From positions 6,634,001-6,698,000 of the forward strand of contig OZ176050.1 of assembly GCA_964247055.1 (NCBI GenBank): a stretch of DNA of 64,000 bases, written 5' to 3'. Of this stretch, positions 40,228-54,300 are shown piece after piece (the first letter of the stretch is position 1; every line of letters starts with the position of its first letter). The translations under genes were made by a program, and so were the position numbers. Origin of the DNA: Paragordius varius (lineage: Eukaryota; Animalia; Nematomorpha). The notes under the pieces were generated by a model. That model was not told the DNA's origin, searched no databases, and worked only from the letters and a program-made list of their open reading frames with translations.

Positions 40228-42451
40228 ATGGGTGTGATAAAAATTATTCCTTTGGGAGCGGGTCAGGATGTGGGCAGAAGTTGTATTATAATAAATATTG
40301 GTAAGAAAAATATTATGCTGGATTGTGGAATGCATATGGGGTATAATGATGAAAGAAGATTCCCAGACTTTTCATTCTTTACACAACAAGGAGGAACTTT
40401 GGATGATTACATAACTTGTGTCATTTTAAGTCATTTTCATTTAGATCATTGCGGTGCTTTACCATATATGTCGGAAGTAATTGGATATAATGGACCGATA
40501 TATATGACTCATCCAACCAAAGCTATATGCCCAATATTGTTGGAAGATTATCGCCGTATTCTTGTTGATCGCAAGGGACACACAGAACATGTTTTCACAT
40601 CCGAACACATAAAATCGTGCATGAAAAAAGTTATTGCAGTCAATTTACATGAATGCATAAAGGTTGAAGATGATCTCTATATAAAACCATATTATGCTGG
40701 CCATGTCCTAGGAGCTGCCATGTTTCTCATAAAATATGGTGATTCCTCAGTCCTGTACACGGGAGATTTCAATATGACAGCCGATAGACATTTAGGAACG
40801 GCAAAAGTTGATAAATGCCGACCCTCACTACTTATTACGGAATCTACTTATGCTACAACCGTAAGGGATTCTAAACGTTGCAGAGAAGCAGAATTTTTGA
40901 AAAAAATTCATGAATGCGTTGAAAATGGTGGTAAAGTTCTAATACCTGTGTTTGCGCTTGGACGAGCCCAAGAATTGTGCATACTATTGGAATCGTATTG
41001 GGAAAGAATGAATATCAAAGTTCCAATTTATTTTACAGTTGGATTGGCTGAAAAGGCTAACTATTATTACCGTATGTTTATATCCTGGACAAATGAAAAA
41101 ATTAAAAAGACATTTGTGGACCGCAATATGTTTGATTTTAAGCATATAAAACCGTTTCAAAGATCTTTTGTCAATTTACCATCGCCTATGGTTGTTTTTG
41201 CTACTCCGGGTAAGTGTAATTATTTTTAAATGTCCTTAAACGAATATTATTTAATTGATGAATTATCAAATATTTTTATAGTCAGTATTCAGTGCTTAAA
41301 AATGTTAATAATTAATTTTGTTTTAAATTTGAAAATTTTATTGTTAAACATTAAGCATTTTTAGGTGATAAATTAATATTTTTTTCAAAATATAAATTAT
41401 TATGTAACCTATAAGTTAAGTTATATTATAAACATTATCATATAATGTAATAGGTATGTTGCACAGTGGTCAATCACTTGCCATTTTCAAGCAATGGGCC
41501 CCGGACCCCAAAAATATGGTCATTCTCCCAGGCTATTGTGTTTACGGAACCGTTGGGCAAAAAATACTTTCTGGTGTCCGTAGTTTTGAGTTTGAAAATA
41601 ACGTTAAAATTGATGTCCGTATGACGGTTGAATACATGAGTTTTAGTGCTCATGCCGACGCAAAAGGTATCTTACAGTTGATACGAAATTGTGAACCAGC
41701 CAACGTTTTATTGGTCCATGGTGAAGGCGAAAAAATGAAGATTTTAGCCAACAATATAAGGCAAGAATTCGATGTGCCATGTTATTACCCGGCTAACGGG
41801 GAATTAGTTACCCTAGATATCCCTCAACCCATATCGGTGACAATGAGCAAAGAAATGTTACAATACACCGAACCTTACGTATCACCACAAAAATGTTCCG
41901 ATGATGATATAAAACTAAAAACTGGTGATAACAAAAACCTTGATACCGCTGCCTCAAAACGAAGGAATTACGATTATTTACCCGCTATAAAACGGCGAAT
42001 ACATGGCACACTTGTATTTCAAAACAATCAACTGCATTTGATGCCTAACCCATTGTTTGGGAGCTTGGAATCGCTGGGGCAAACGAAATTCTGTTACAAA
42101 GCCATTGTAAATGAAAAAATATTATCTGCCTTACCCGAAAAGTCGTCCCCTTTGGATTCCAAACATATCGATTTCTCTGATGATTATGGGAGCCGCAAAA
42201 TTTTAAGTGACGCAATTTCCGACATACAAAAAGGCACCACATTAAATCCTATTGTTGACAAAGAATTAGAGACCCTAACACCAAACTCTATCATTCTTAA
42301 TTCATCTCTCGACATTAAATTAACACCGACCATAAATAAAGGGGAAGAAACATCAAAAGAATATATCTTAGAGATTAATTATAATCCATCAAATCAACGT
42401 TTGGCCCAAAAATTAATAAACTATATTAATACAAGAAAAAAAATTTGTTAG
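40228..42451 (+). CDS. INTS11: Integrator complex subunit 11 (CPSF3L; MBL/beta-CASP endonuclease), 659 aa; exons 40228-41209 and 41454-42451
   Basis: [77 protein letters not shown]|MLHSGQS, SFSAHAD, LLVHGE. One 244-nt GT-AG intron (phase 1). Confidence 0.96.
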
Positions 42452-42658
42452 TTTTGTTGCAAAATATTAAATTTATATTTATTTTTTCATATTATCTAAT
42501 TAATACATTAAAAAACATATATAAATTGTTGACACTAATGTAAAATAATTTAAAAATGTGTTCTGGTACTCATACTGAGATTATTTATCAGTGCAACGAA
42601 TTTTTTTACCAAAATATAAGAATAATTAAAAAATAAAGGAATGTCAATTAATCAATCT

Positions 42659-45298
42659 TCATTGCCCAACGTGCTTAGTAGAGGCTACATGATCCGGTGA
42701 ATGTGTTCCATTCGTTCCCTACAAAAAATTATAAATAGTCATTTTTTTAAAAAAATATATCAATTTAGTAAAAAATGAGCGATTTGACAAATCGATAATT
42801 TTTTAAATAAAATAATTTGGTGTACAATAATTTTTGACAATATTTTCTCTAAAAAAACATACATGATAGTATTGCTGATATGTTTGAGTTGTCATCTGCC
42901 CATAACTTTGTTCAAGTTCCTTGGCCATTTTCTCGTACTCTTCATGAGTGTATACCGTACTATTTTCCCTCTGGAAAAAAATATTATATGATTGTTAAAT
43001 TTTAATTAAATTACAAGATTTCGCCTATCTAATCATATTGATGTTCATTAGGTAGTATACAAAAAAAGCTTTGTGTAATATGTTAAATATTTTTGCATAA
43101 TAATGTACTCATTTTCTATACTTCAGGATGCGGGGTTTCTTTGTCTCCTTCAGCAGCATATTCATCCAAAAACTCTTGTAAGCTTATAAAGAAATCTTTA
43201 TTTTTATCGAACTAAAAAGAGAATTAAAATGTAAAAAACATTCAATCTATAAAGTATATTCGATTCTGAAAAAAATACCCTTTTCAAGGCCTCTTTTTTC
43301 ATTTCATCCCTATAATGTTCTTTTTCTATAGGATCTGTTTGATTGTAATCCATGTATTCTTTTTTGACCTATAATATTAATAATTGTCGAATATATTTTA
43401 TTTTTTGATAATTTTTAGCCAAACGATATTTAATACAAAAGCTAAGCACGTAAACCGTTTTATTTAAATTATCTTAATATAAAAATTAAAAAAAACTTCA
43501 GCTTCTATAATGGTCGCCAGCTCTTCCTCGTCCCATTTGCTATTGCCATCAAGATCTTGAAATAAAATTTAATTGAAAATTACACATGGATATTTCAACA
43601 AATAATTATAATAGCAAAAGATATTCATTAAATAAGACTGGAAATTATAAGAGAAAAATTATAAATAATTCGATGTTGTTAGCATAATAAAGATTAAGAA
43701 TAGTAATACAATTGGGGATTGGTTTAATATTGATATATAAACTTGTTAGTACATTGTATTAAAATAAAATAATCAACATTTTGGGAATCGGTTTAAAGGA
43801 TGTTGAAAATATATTACCATGTCGGAAGAAAAAATCTCTGGGATCAAAATTGTCAAAATGTTCGACCTCTTCATTCACCTCTTGCAACTGTTGATGGCCA
43901 AGCTAAATATATTAATTTAAAATTGGAAAGGTAAAAATGTACAATATAAATGCGTTATTAATGGTAAAAATAAAAATAACATATAACGTTTATAAATTAT
44001 GGCTTATATATATATAAGTAATAATGCAAACCATATTAAATGAGTAATAGAATATGTTTAAAACATAGAAATCTATGAATTATTATAGCAAAAATTATAT
44101 GCAATTAAATATTTAAGTAATGGTTTAATCATCACGGTTTTTCATTAGAAAAGGTTTTTAAATTAAACTGTTGTTGGTATATTTAAGATCATTTTTATTA
44201 GTTAAAATTTTTTTACGTGGCCTTTCATTGTGCATAGGGGCCGCCGTTCCCCACAAACTCAATTTAATATGTAACTAATAAAAATAAATAATTATTTATA
44301 TTAACAGACATTTAACATAAATACCCTTTTTTAAATACCGAAATGACCAATTAATTCTCGTTACAGTACAGGCATGTCTAAAATGTGGTCTTATGTTCGT
44401 GTGAATTTTTTTAATCTTTTTAATCCATAATGTTTAATTCTTAAACCATAGTAATCATTTTTTATTTTAATTAATTTTAACATTTCAATACATTTTTTCA
44501 TTTTGAGAAAGACATAAAGCAAGCAAAGTATAAAATATTTAGAGTTAATAATTATGATGTGAATTTTGGCTTATATGAAAAAAATTTCATACGGGCTCAT
44601 GGGTTGGGTTTTCACGTAGATGCTTTTTATGTGCCTCTTGACGGGTTCTTTCTTCGGATTCATGAGCTGCTCGCTGTTCTGGAGACATGTGACTTTCCTC
44701 AAGCGTTTCATTAAATTTCTTTTGCATCTCATAATTTTTGTACATTTCATCTTGTTTTTGGGATATCAGTTCGATTGTCTAATATATTTATGTTAATAAT
44801 TAAGCTAACCTTTTTAACCAATTTGATTAAATCTTCCCGATCAAAATGTTCTTTGTCCGTATTTAAATGTTCATATTTATCAGGCATATCTGGACATATA
44901 AAATTACAACTAACCATTCTCATTTTCTAAACTGGTAAGTCTTTCGATTTCAAGGTTTTTTAATCTATTTAATTCTTCATAGGCCTCTTTTGATTTGAGC
45001 TTAAATTCATCAGTAAATTTATCAAGCTATAATATTATTTATATCAACTCACATCTCCATTGACTTGGGATATTTTATCCAAAATATTGATACCTTCTTC
45101 ATCAGAACGTACCACCTCTAATATTTGTTGGAGATAATTGCTAAAATGTATGTCACGCTAAAATTATAATTAAGGTACATAATAATCATCTTCTTGAGTA
45201 GGTATATCTTCAGGGGTTGTTATGCGTGGAGGGGGCGAAATAAGACAACCCACCAAAAAATAAAATATTGTAACACGCAGGCAAACTTGAGACCGCAT
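42659..45298 (-). CDS. NUCB: Nucleobindin (NUCB1/2 family; secretory EF-hand Ca-binding protein), ~364 aa; exons 45298-45179, 45157-45053, 45026-44915, 44889-44810, 44778-44593, 43902-43818, 43555-43497, 43368-43279, 43211-43122, 42970-42863, 42718-42659
   Basis: Signal peptide; NYLQQILEVVRSD; ELNRLKNLEIERL; EHFDREDLIKLVKK; QLQEVNEEVEHFDNFDPRDFFFRHDLDGNSKWDEEEL (EF-hand 1); FDKNKDFFISLQEFL (EF-hand 2); VYTHEEYEK. Exons sum to 1095 nt in frame. The last exon is less certain. Confidence 0.88.
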
Positions 45299-45358
45299 TA
45301 TTTAGCCATACTAAGCACTTTTTTACTATAAACCAATATCGTACTTCTCACATCAAAC
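45299..45358. promoter_or_regulatory. 60-bp head-to-head intergenic segment NUCB/eIF4B (inferred bidirectional promoter or overlapping 5' UTRs)
   Basis: Distance between the divergent ATGs at 45298 (-) and 45359 (+). Contains a CCAAT (45333-45337) and a minus-strand uORF ATG GCT AAA TAA. Confidence 0.55.
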
Positions 45359-48300
45359 ATGGCAGTATCAAGTTCAATTATGTTTTTTACATTTATAGCT
45401 AAGAAAAAAGGCAAGAAAACCGTTTTGGAATTGGATATTAATCAATCTGCTCCGGTAGTTAATTGGGGTGAAGAAATGCAGAATGTTAAAATTGGTTTAA
45501 ATTATATTTCAATGTTTTAGATTCCACAATTACCTATAAAACTACTACCAATTTAATATTTCCATCTGCTCCAAGAGCCGCTTATGACAAAGATGATTCT
45601 TCGCAGATCCCAGACGAACCCCCTTATGCCATAAAAGTTTCAAATATGCCACTCAATTTTGTGGATGATGAATTAATTAAATTTTTTGATGATCTAAAAG
45701 TTTTTTTTCTTTTCTAATATAGATTCATGATATAAGTAGAGACCGGGGCAAAGTTTACATTGAATTTGGTAATAAATCGGATCTTATGAAAGCTTTGGAA
45801 AAAGATAGACAAGTTTTTATAAAATATATTAATGTTTAGAAATTTGAGGATAGATTAATCTATGTTGAATATAAAGAGCGATCAGGTATAATTGATATAT
45901 ATATTATTTTAGTACAACAAAATCGTGGATTTTTTGATCGCGGTCAAGATAAATATCGAAGAGGCAGTGATTATACTTTAACCATGCCACACTATTCAAG
46001 TATTCACCGATATTTTTTTACTTTACATATATACAGTAGCGTATGCAGTAAAAGATTGTTAGTGCAAAATAATCTTAAAAAACAGGGGGATAATATGGAT
46101 ATGTTTATAAATAGGACTGAATGATAATTAATATATGAAAATTGTCCCCCTGTTTAAGATTATTTTGCACTAACAATCTTTTACTGCATACGCTACTGTA
46201 TATATATATATATATATATATATTTTTATCGAATATATAACTATATCTCTCTAATTTATAGAAATTTATTTTATTTCCATGTGCAGAAAAATGGACTACA
46301 ATGTTTTCTCTGCATCTGCAATTTTAACATAATATCTATAAAATATTTCACATCATGAAAAATGATATTGTGATGACTTAATTTTATTGTAATCTTGGTT
46401 AGGTTAATAAGTTATTTCAGAAGAGTATTGGTCAAAAATAGAAAATATCATTTTTTTGTTCCAAATCAGTATAAAGATTTTAAATTTTGAAATGAATACC
46501 TCATTTATTACAAAATTATTTGACGTATATATTATTTTGTGATCGGTACAGCTTATTATTTATTTCATTACCTTATTCTACTCAATTATTAAAAGCGCAT
46601 GCTGCAAAGGGTAGTTTTCGGGTTGCAAATATCTTAAGCAAGGTTATTTTGAAATATTTTTAAAATTTTAATTTTTCCAACTCTTGTGACCATTCAATTT
46701 AAAATGTTTTTTCTGTTCGGGTAGATTTAAAAAACTAAAAATTGTCGCACATAAATATTTCTATTTTGTATATTTTTGGATTTTTATCCTCCTTGTATAC
46801 CAACCATATGCTGCTCATAGTATGTTTAATGATTTTTGTCTAATTTTTATCGTGTAATGTTTCTATTCTTCTAAATACACATTTTATGGTTAGACGTATC
46901 TAATTTTGATATTATTTTTTAAGCGCATTCTATTGATGTTCCTTGAAGAAGGCGTTCAATGTATAATTGAAAGTAAAAATCAGGGATTGTGGAACCATTT
47001 CATTCCGTGTTGGATTATTTTTGTTGAAAAAATTTCCTATAATTAAAATGACATATTGTGCGTTTTCTCTAACATATACTCGCTCCAGAAATAAAAACGT
47101 TTTCTCAATCGGTTCGGTTTTAATGCCTGCGAAAGGTATTATTCATTAATGCTCGTCCCTAACACAACAATTTCAATAACTATTTCTATAATTAATTGAT
47201 TGTTTTTGGAAATTATATTAATACCAATCTAGGATCCAAATAAAGTAAAATGGGTGTATCAAAATGACCAATAAAAAAAATTTTATTTCATAAATTAAAT
47301 TGCTTACTTAAGAATTAAAAGTGATTGTATTCCCACAAAATTAATTTAAGGTTTGAATAAAGTGAAATTTATTAGGTCAAATTTTGGTGTTGTTTTGTTA
47401 TAACTTAAGTTTTACCGATTCGAAATCTGATCTCTCATTTAAAATATATCACTTACTAGACTTTTTTAAATGAAAATTCTGTAAAAATATTTTCTTATGT
47501 ATAAAATATTTATACAGCCTGTAACCGATATGGGAATATTTATTTTAATCAGGGTCGTTTAACACGCGGGCCGCATGGGGCCCTTTAAAATATTTATGCA
47601 GCGCCGCGTGAAATTTTTAAAAGATTACAAGATTTTATATTTAAAAAATCTAGGGAAATAAATGCTTTTTAAACAAATTTTCTCTTCAAATTTAAGCAAC
47701 ACAGTGATAAAATAATAGTTTCTGTAAAAGTCTATGTTTGATATTTAACTGAATATTTATTATTGTTCATTGCGGCCCGTCTCGGCGCAGCCACATGTGT
47801 TGGGCACCCTTAATCTAAATCTTACTTTTCTTTTATTATAACAAACATAGTTTCAAAATTTTTTCGCGATATTTTGTTTAGCTCAACGAAACAATAATAT
47901 GGGTGGCGGTCAAGGTTTTCGTCAACCTTATAGGGGATCTATGTCAAGCGACTTTCACAATAGAGGTTTTATCAATAAAAACTTAAATAATTTTATACAA
48001 ATAATTTATTAAAAACAATAAGAGCATTAATAAAGTGTATGCAAATAAATTATTTTGCGATTTTATACTTATTCAATTAGCCTTTATGTAACACTTTATT
48101 CGATAATTTTATTGAAGTTAATATAGATATAAATCGATTTATTAAAATGTAGACAGACGTATTTTTAAATATAAAGTGGGACATATCTTTTTTAAATGAG
48201 GCTTTTCTGTCAACCTAATTACACAAATTTGTAAGTTTTAATTAACATCAAGCCAATGATTTTGGGTTTACTAGTAAAATGACACTAATATTTAAAATGT

Positions 48301-51300
48301 AGTAAAAAATGGGATACCCAAAAGACTAGGCAGCATACAATGTTTTGTGTGCGGCTTACCAAAATTTTCTAAAGAATGTTTTACTCCAATCACAATTTCA
48401 CGAAATTACAGAAAATATTTTGATGCTGACTAATAATTTGACTTTTCAAAAAAAATTATGCGCATGTCCCTTACAAAAAGCGGTTTTACTGTACTTGTAA
48501 ATATGTATCCAATCAATTTTCAAATTGAAAATTTTATAATTTTAGGTAATAACAATAATAATGGTGGTGGTCCTCCCTCAAGTTTTGCCAGATATCCGGG
48601 ACCTGTTCCGGCTTCACACCTACCCCCTCACCCTCCTCCTTATGCCAATAATCAACAAGGTAATGTATATATTAAGATAAATAGATTTTTGACCATTTTG
48701 AAAATACAAAAATATAATTTATTTCTAATACTTTTTAATCACTGTTTTTTTTTCTAAAAAATGGTATGGAACTATTTAAGCCCGATTTTATAAACGTATA
48801 AATCTACAGTAAGTACCCTTTATCGTTGGCCGATTCAAATTATTTTTAGCCGATTGGCAATACAGTAGCGTATGGATAAAAAACCATAAATTACTGAAAT
48901 TAATCAATTTTTTTTATCTTACAACCTTAAATTTGTCTATTTTATTTATGGGAAAAGTTCGTTTTATACAATAGCTATTGTACTAGCAAATGGCTAACAT
49001 TAATGTTAATTAGCCAAATAAAATGGGTACTAAATATACAAATTAACAATAATAAATGATATATTGTATAAACAAATTTGTTAAATTTGATGCCTGGGAT
49101 TGATTTTGCTTTCATGTTAAAATAAAAAAACAGTATTAGATTTATTTACTACATATTCCAAAGAAATAATAAGTTTTATTCCTTATTTACTCTTTAAAAC
49201 CAAATAATTAATTTCTCTATTCATTTTAAGGTGGTGGTAATTATCGAAATACAAACAATGCTAATCCTAATTACAATCATCGACCAGCCCATTATCAAGA
49301 TTATAATGGTAATAGAGTAAAAATAAAATTATGAATACAAGTATTTTTATATTTAAAACCTTGTTTTTCTACATAAACTATGCAATTTTAATTTAAAATA
49401 TATAATTTAGTGTTTTTGATTGCACTGCTCTGACTTTTTGGATGTAACTTACACGATTTCATTACGTTAGTTGAATTACTACTTTAATGATTTACTATTC
49501 AATCTTATTTTGCGATCCCTAGCGACAAGTATACACAAATATTGCCTGTATACTGAAAAAATATTTGTTTTCGTGTTTTACCCTTTATTGTTTTTCTAAT
49601 TTCCATTCTTTGTTGTAAAAATAAAGCAAGAGGTAATCGAGGTGCATCATTTCAAGGCAATGCGGGTGGTGGTCCGATGCCTCCATTGGGTGAACCTGCA
49701 GGTTTTTATGCCAATAATAACATGGCAGCTCCTCCCCATACTGCGGGATTCCCTGCTCCACGAAATCAAAGTATAACATTTTATTAATGTTTAACTGAAT
49801 TTGTTTTTGGGCTGCTATCATCATAAAAAAACTAGATTTTGATTTTCACATCCATAATTGAGCAAACTATAATTATTTAGCCGAGTTTTTTTGAGATAAA
49901 AATATTAAAAATATGATTTTTCCTTGTTTAATGACAATTTACAGGTACTATTGTTATTAATTATAAAAAAGTTATAATTACTAAGCCTTAATTTCTAAAG
50001 AATTATTTTAAATAGTTGTATCAAAAATTCAAAATAGAATTTATATTATAATAATTACGTATCCACATTTTAAATAAATTTTACACTTTTGGATAATTTT
50101 TTTAATTTTTAATTAGATTATAATCAAGGTGGGCAACGAGATTATCAAAAGGCACCACCCAACCGAAGTAAATTTTATCTTGGTTTTTTATATAATTAAG
50201 CATTTATTAATATTGGATTAATATGGGAATTATAATTCAGCTATAATTGAATGAATATAATAAAGTGAATTTTTGACTACAAGTAATTTTTGTCTAACGT
50301 AAAAATAAATTTAAAAATATACTATTTATTTGTAGTATTCGAAAATGCGATCCAATAAATACACGCACTTTATAGCTGAATAATAATCCAAATATCAATC
50401 CAATAACATTTCAGCGTAAACAATATCCAAGCATATTCTAAATTTTATCATTAATATTGTTTACAAATAAGATTTAAATGTATTAGTATAGTTAAACTAT
50501 ATGTAAATTTGCATTTCAATTGTTTTAACATTAATAACCGGTCTTACTGCTTATGAATGCAATTATTTACGTTCATAAACACCATTTCCACACGTCAAAC
50601 AGTGTTACATATAAGTTGGGACCAAATAAAAAGTTATGTTTATATATTAATTAGGTCGCCTAGGTTCTGAAACCAAGGATGGAGCCGAACCCAAACACAG
50701 AACGAAATTGGTGTTGGAACCTCGCACCGTTACTGAAGATGATACAGGTATCATTTTAGCAAACAAATTCATTTTAATTTTATGCAATGACTAAACAAAT
50801 ATAAATCTATAGTTTTAGACTTAAAACGGATTATTTATATCTATATGATATCCTAATGATTGATTTATAGTTTCAGCAAATAATAGAATAAACACAATAA
50901 CATAAAACCTATTTTTAAAAAATATAACCATACTTTTTAAACCCACATACTCTCTACATAAATTTGTTATTGCAGTTATAAATTTGTAATGTTTTGCCAT
51001 TACTTATAAATTGCTAATTCTTAAAACGATGAGTTATGGTTAAAACATTAAGATTTAAAATATTCAACAAAATTATTTGTTATTATAGTTTTACGTTTTA
51101 TCTATAAGTTAAATATTGTATAATTTAATTGTAATGATCCCCATAATTGGTTATAAAGGTAAAGTTGTGGAATCTGAAAAATATCAATCCATATTTGGAG
51201 GCGCTAAACCAGTTGATACGGATAAGAAAGAGGCTGAAATTGAGGCCCGGCTTTTGGCAGCCAAACAGGAGAAGCTAAAACAAGAAGGACAACAATCCCT

Positions 51301-54300
51301 TGATGTGGAAAAACCACCTACTAGAACAAAGTAAGTTTTATGCTTAACTCTAAATGTTTTAACATTAAAACGAATAAATTCCATTGTAAAATGGTAAATT
51401 ATGTTGTTTTGTGGGTGGTTTGAATGAAAATTTAAAATAAGGAACTTCTATTTTCTAAATAAGAATTTATAATAAATAAGTTATGTGATATATTTTGCAG
51501 ATTTCCTACCTAAATATATAGCAATTATCTTATTTATATTTATTGCATATTTTTTATTTAAGTTATTAATTTTATTTATTTGATCTTTTGTCGTAATTAT
51601 GTTACGTTTATATGTAGTAGTTCAGATGACGGCGAAAGGTATATTTTTATAATTGAAAAAAAAACATACACGTTTATCTGATATAAACCAAATGTAATTG
51701 AATTTTTTTAAATTTGGCAAAAATAAATTTTATATAGGTAAACGTGAAAATTCATCATAAGATTAAATTTTGTTATATAAAATCACATTTAAAACAAATT
51801 ATTATTTACATAATGCAAATTTAAACAATAATACATATATATCAACGTATATTTAAGACTAAATTAATTAAATTGGAATAATTGAGTCATCAATAATTTT
51901 TAATTTAATTATTCAAAATATTTTTGTTGACGTGTAAGCACCTTGTTTAATATATATATAGGACATTACTGCTGAAATCACATAATTCCTAAAAAATAAT
52001 ATAAATCTTTTTGCTTACATTTTTAGGCGAATCAGTCAGGCATCATATTCTGGTTCCCTGGCGGGTGATCGAATGTCACGAAGTACGAGTCTAGCTTCTT
52101 TTGATCCCAACAACGAAGGTATTCATTAAAACTAAAATTTGCGCATTTTTAATTATTATGAACTATATAATCCATTATATTGGATAAATGCGATTGAATG
52201 ATACAATAAAAAAATATTTTTATATTCCGCGTTAATACGTTAATATATATTTTAGAACACATTGGAGGAGGAGGAAATCCACATAGAATGAATCATCGTC
52301 CCTCCTATGGAAATGCAGAGTAATTTATAATTTTATATTTTAGAAATTTTTTAGTGAATTTTCGCGTATTTTTCGTCTTAAGTGTTGGGCATAGGAACTT
52401 GAATTATTTTTTTAACCCAAAACAATTAGTTTTTTGAAACCGTTTTTAAATCCAGTTTCGAAAAAAATGGAAAATATAATTTACAGAATATTTAATTTAT
52501 CTGTTTTTTTGTGGCTATTAGTTTTATTAAGATCAAAACTATGGACCCGAAACCATATTTTGTCAAAAAGATTTTTTGGAGCCTATATTGTAACTATTTG
52601 CTCGAAACTATTTATTTTTTACAGAATTATTTGGAACTAGAATCAGAGGGATAAATATAATTAAAAACAATGTTAATTTAATTGCAAACAATTATATTTT
52701 AATCGCTTATTCATTTTTTAGCTATGAATATGAGACCGATGTCCCATTACAAGCACCCCCACAACCCCAACCCACTAAATACGGGGTATTTATATTTGTG
52801 CTTGCTGTATTGAGTAATAGAATGTTATCACCATTTAACATAACTAATAATATTATAAACGATTATTAAAGTGAAATAATGATATGAAAACTATATTGAA
52901 AATTTTTATATCATTAATTCACGGATTTAATAATTGTCAATACAAACCATTATCATAATCCGTCATTTACCATTATAATAATATTTATGTTTATTGCTGT
53001 TTACATAGTTAACCAGTTCATCTCCCACTTCTATGACCGTTTCTCATTCAACTAATACCGGGAATTACGGAAACCGTTATCCTCAGGACAGGTTATTTTT
53101 TTATCATACAGCGTGCTTTCATATTTCTTAATCCGGTAAAAACTATTTTTTTATAAGCAGTGAAAAGCAATGTTATTAACTTGTCTGCATAGAATAGTTT
53201 TTTTATATGCTAAGCAAGAAACGATAAAAAATGGCCACCTACTTAACTCTTAAACTTTTTTTACACGTTTAAAGTGTCCCCCCCTCATTATTTTATTAAA
53301 ATACAGAAATTTTCACATTCATTTTCATTATAAACGACATCAATTCCAATTTAATATATTTTTACTATAGAAACCGGGGTGGAGGACCACCCTCCAATCA
53401 ATACGGGAATTATGCAGGACCACCCCCGAGACGTTATCAAGGCACGCGTTCTGTCGAAGGCGAAAATAATTTCCATAACAGCAATAATAACAGATATCAA
53501 AATAACGGGCAGGGTAGACCAGGTGTCCAAGGGCATAACAATAGACCCCAAAATGATACATATCCTCCTATGATGAAACAAGGTTTATATATCATTTTAA
53601 TCAAACATTTTTTTGAAATACTTTATGGGATCTAAAATATTTCCTAGCATGTGGCATAATTAAAATATGGAAAATTCCAGTATACATACATATTGGATTT
53701 TTTTGATGCAAAGGTTTTCAATCATCTATTAAGTATTTCTCATACTCATTCATCATTTAACACATACTTTTACATCCATCATATTTTGGATATATCTTAA
53801 TTTGTGTACCGTTTTTGGGATGCTATAAAAATATATTAGGCTTTAAAGCGTTTTTCTAACAAGGTACCTCCGTATAAACAGCTGTAAACATTTTAGAGCT
53901 ATTTAAACTATCTTTTTTTCACTAATATTATTTGATATACTATAATATGCATTAACACTATTATAATGTTTTTTTTAAAAAAGTCAATCTATTTAAAGGT
54001 CCTGACCTCGATAATGGGAGTGGAATGTCTAGTTACCCACCACCCAATAATAATAATCACAATCAGTATAATCGCACAAACGCCAATAACTATCCACAAC
54101 AAAGCGCTGGTGGTAGAAATTTTCAAGGAGTCGGTCCACAAAATAATAATCCTACTCCTCCTAATGAGTATTATGGAAACAATAGGTTTTTATTTACTAT
54201 TCAAAAAAAATTGAAACTAATTTTTTAATCATGAATTTTCGTAATATTATTTATCATTTGGCTGGATGTAAATTGGTATTAACCTCATTATATAGAAATT

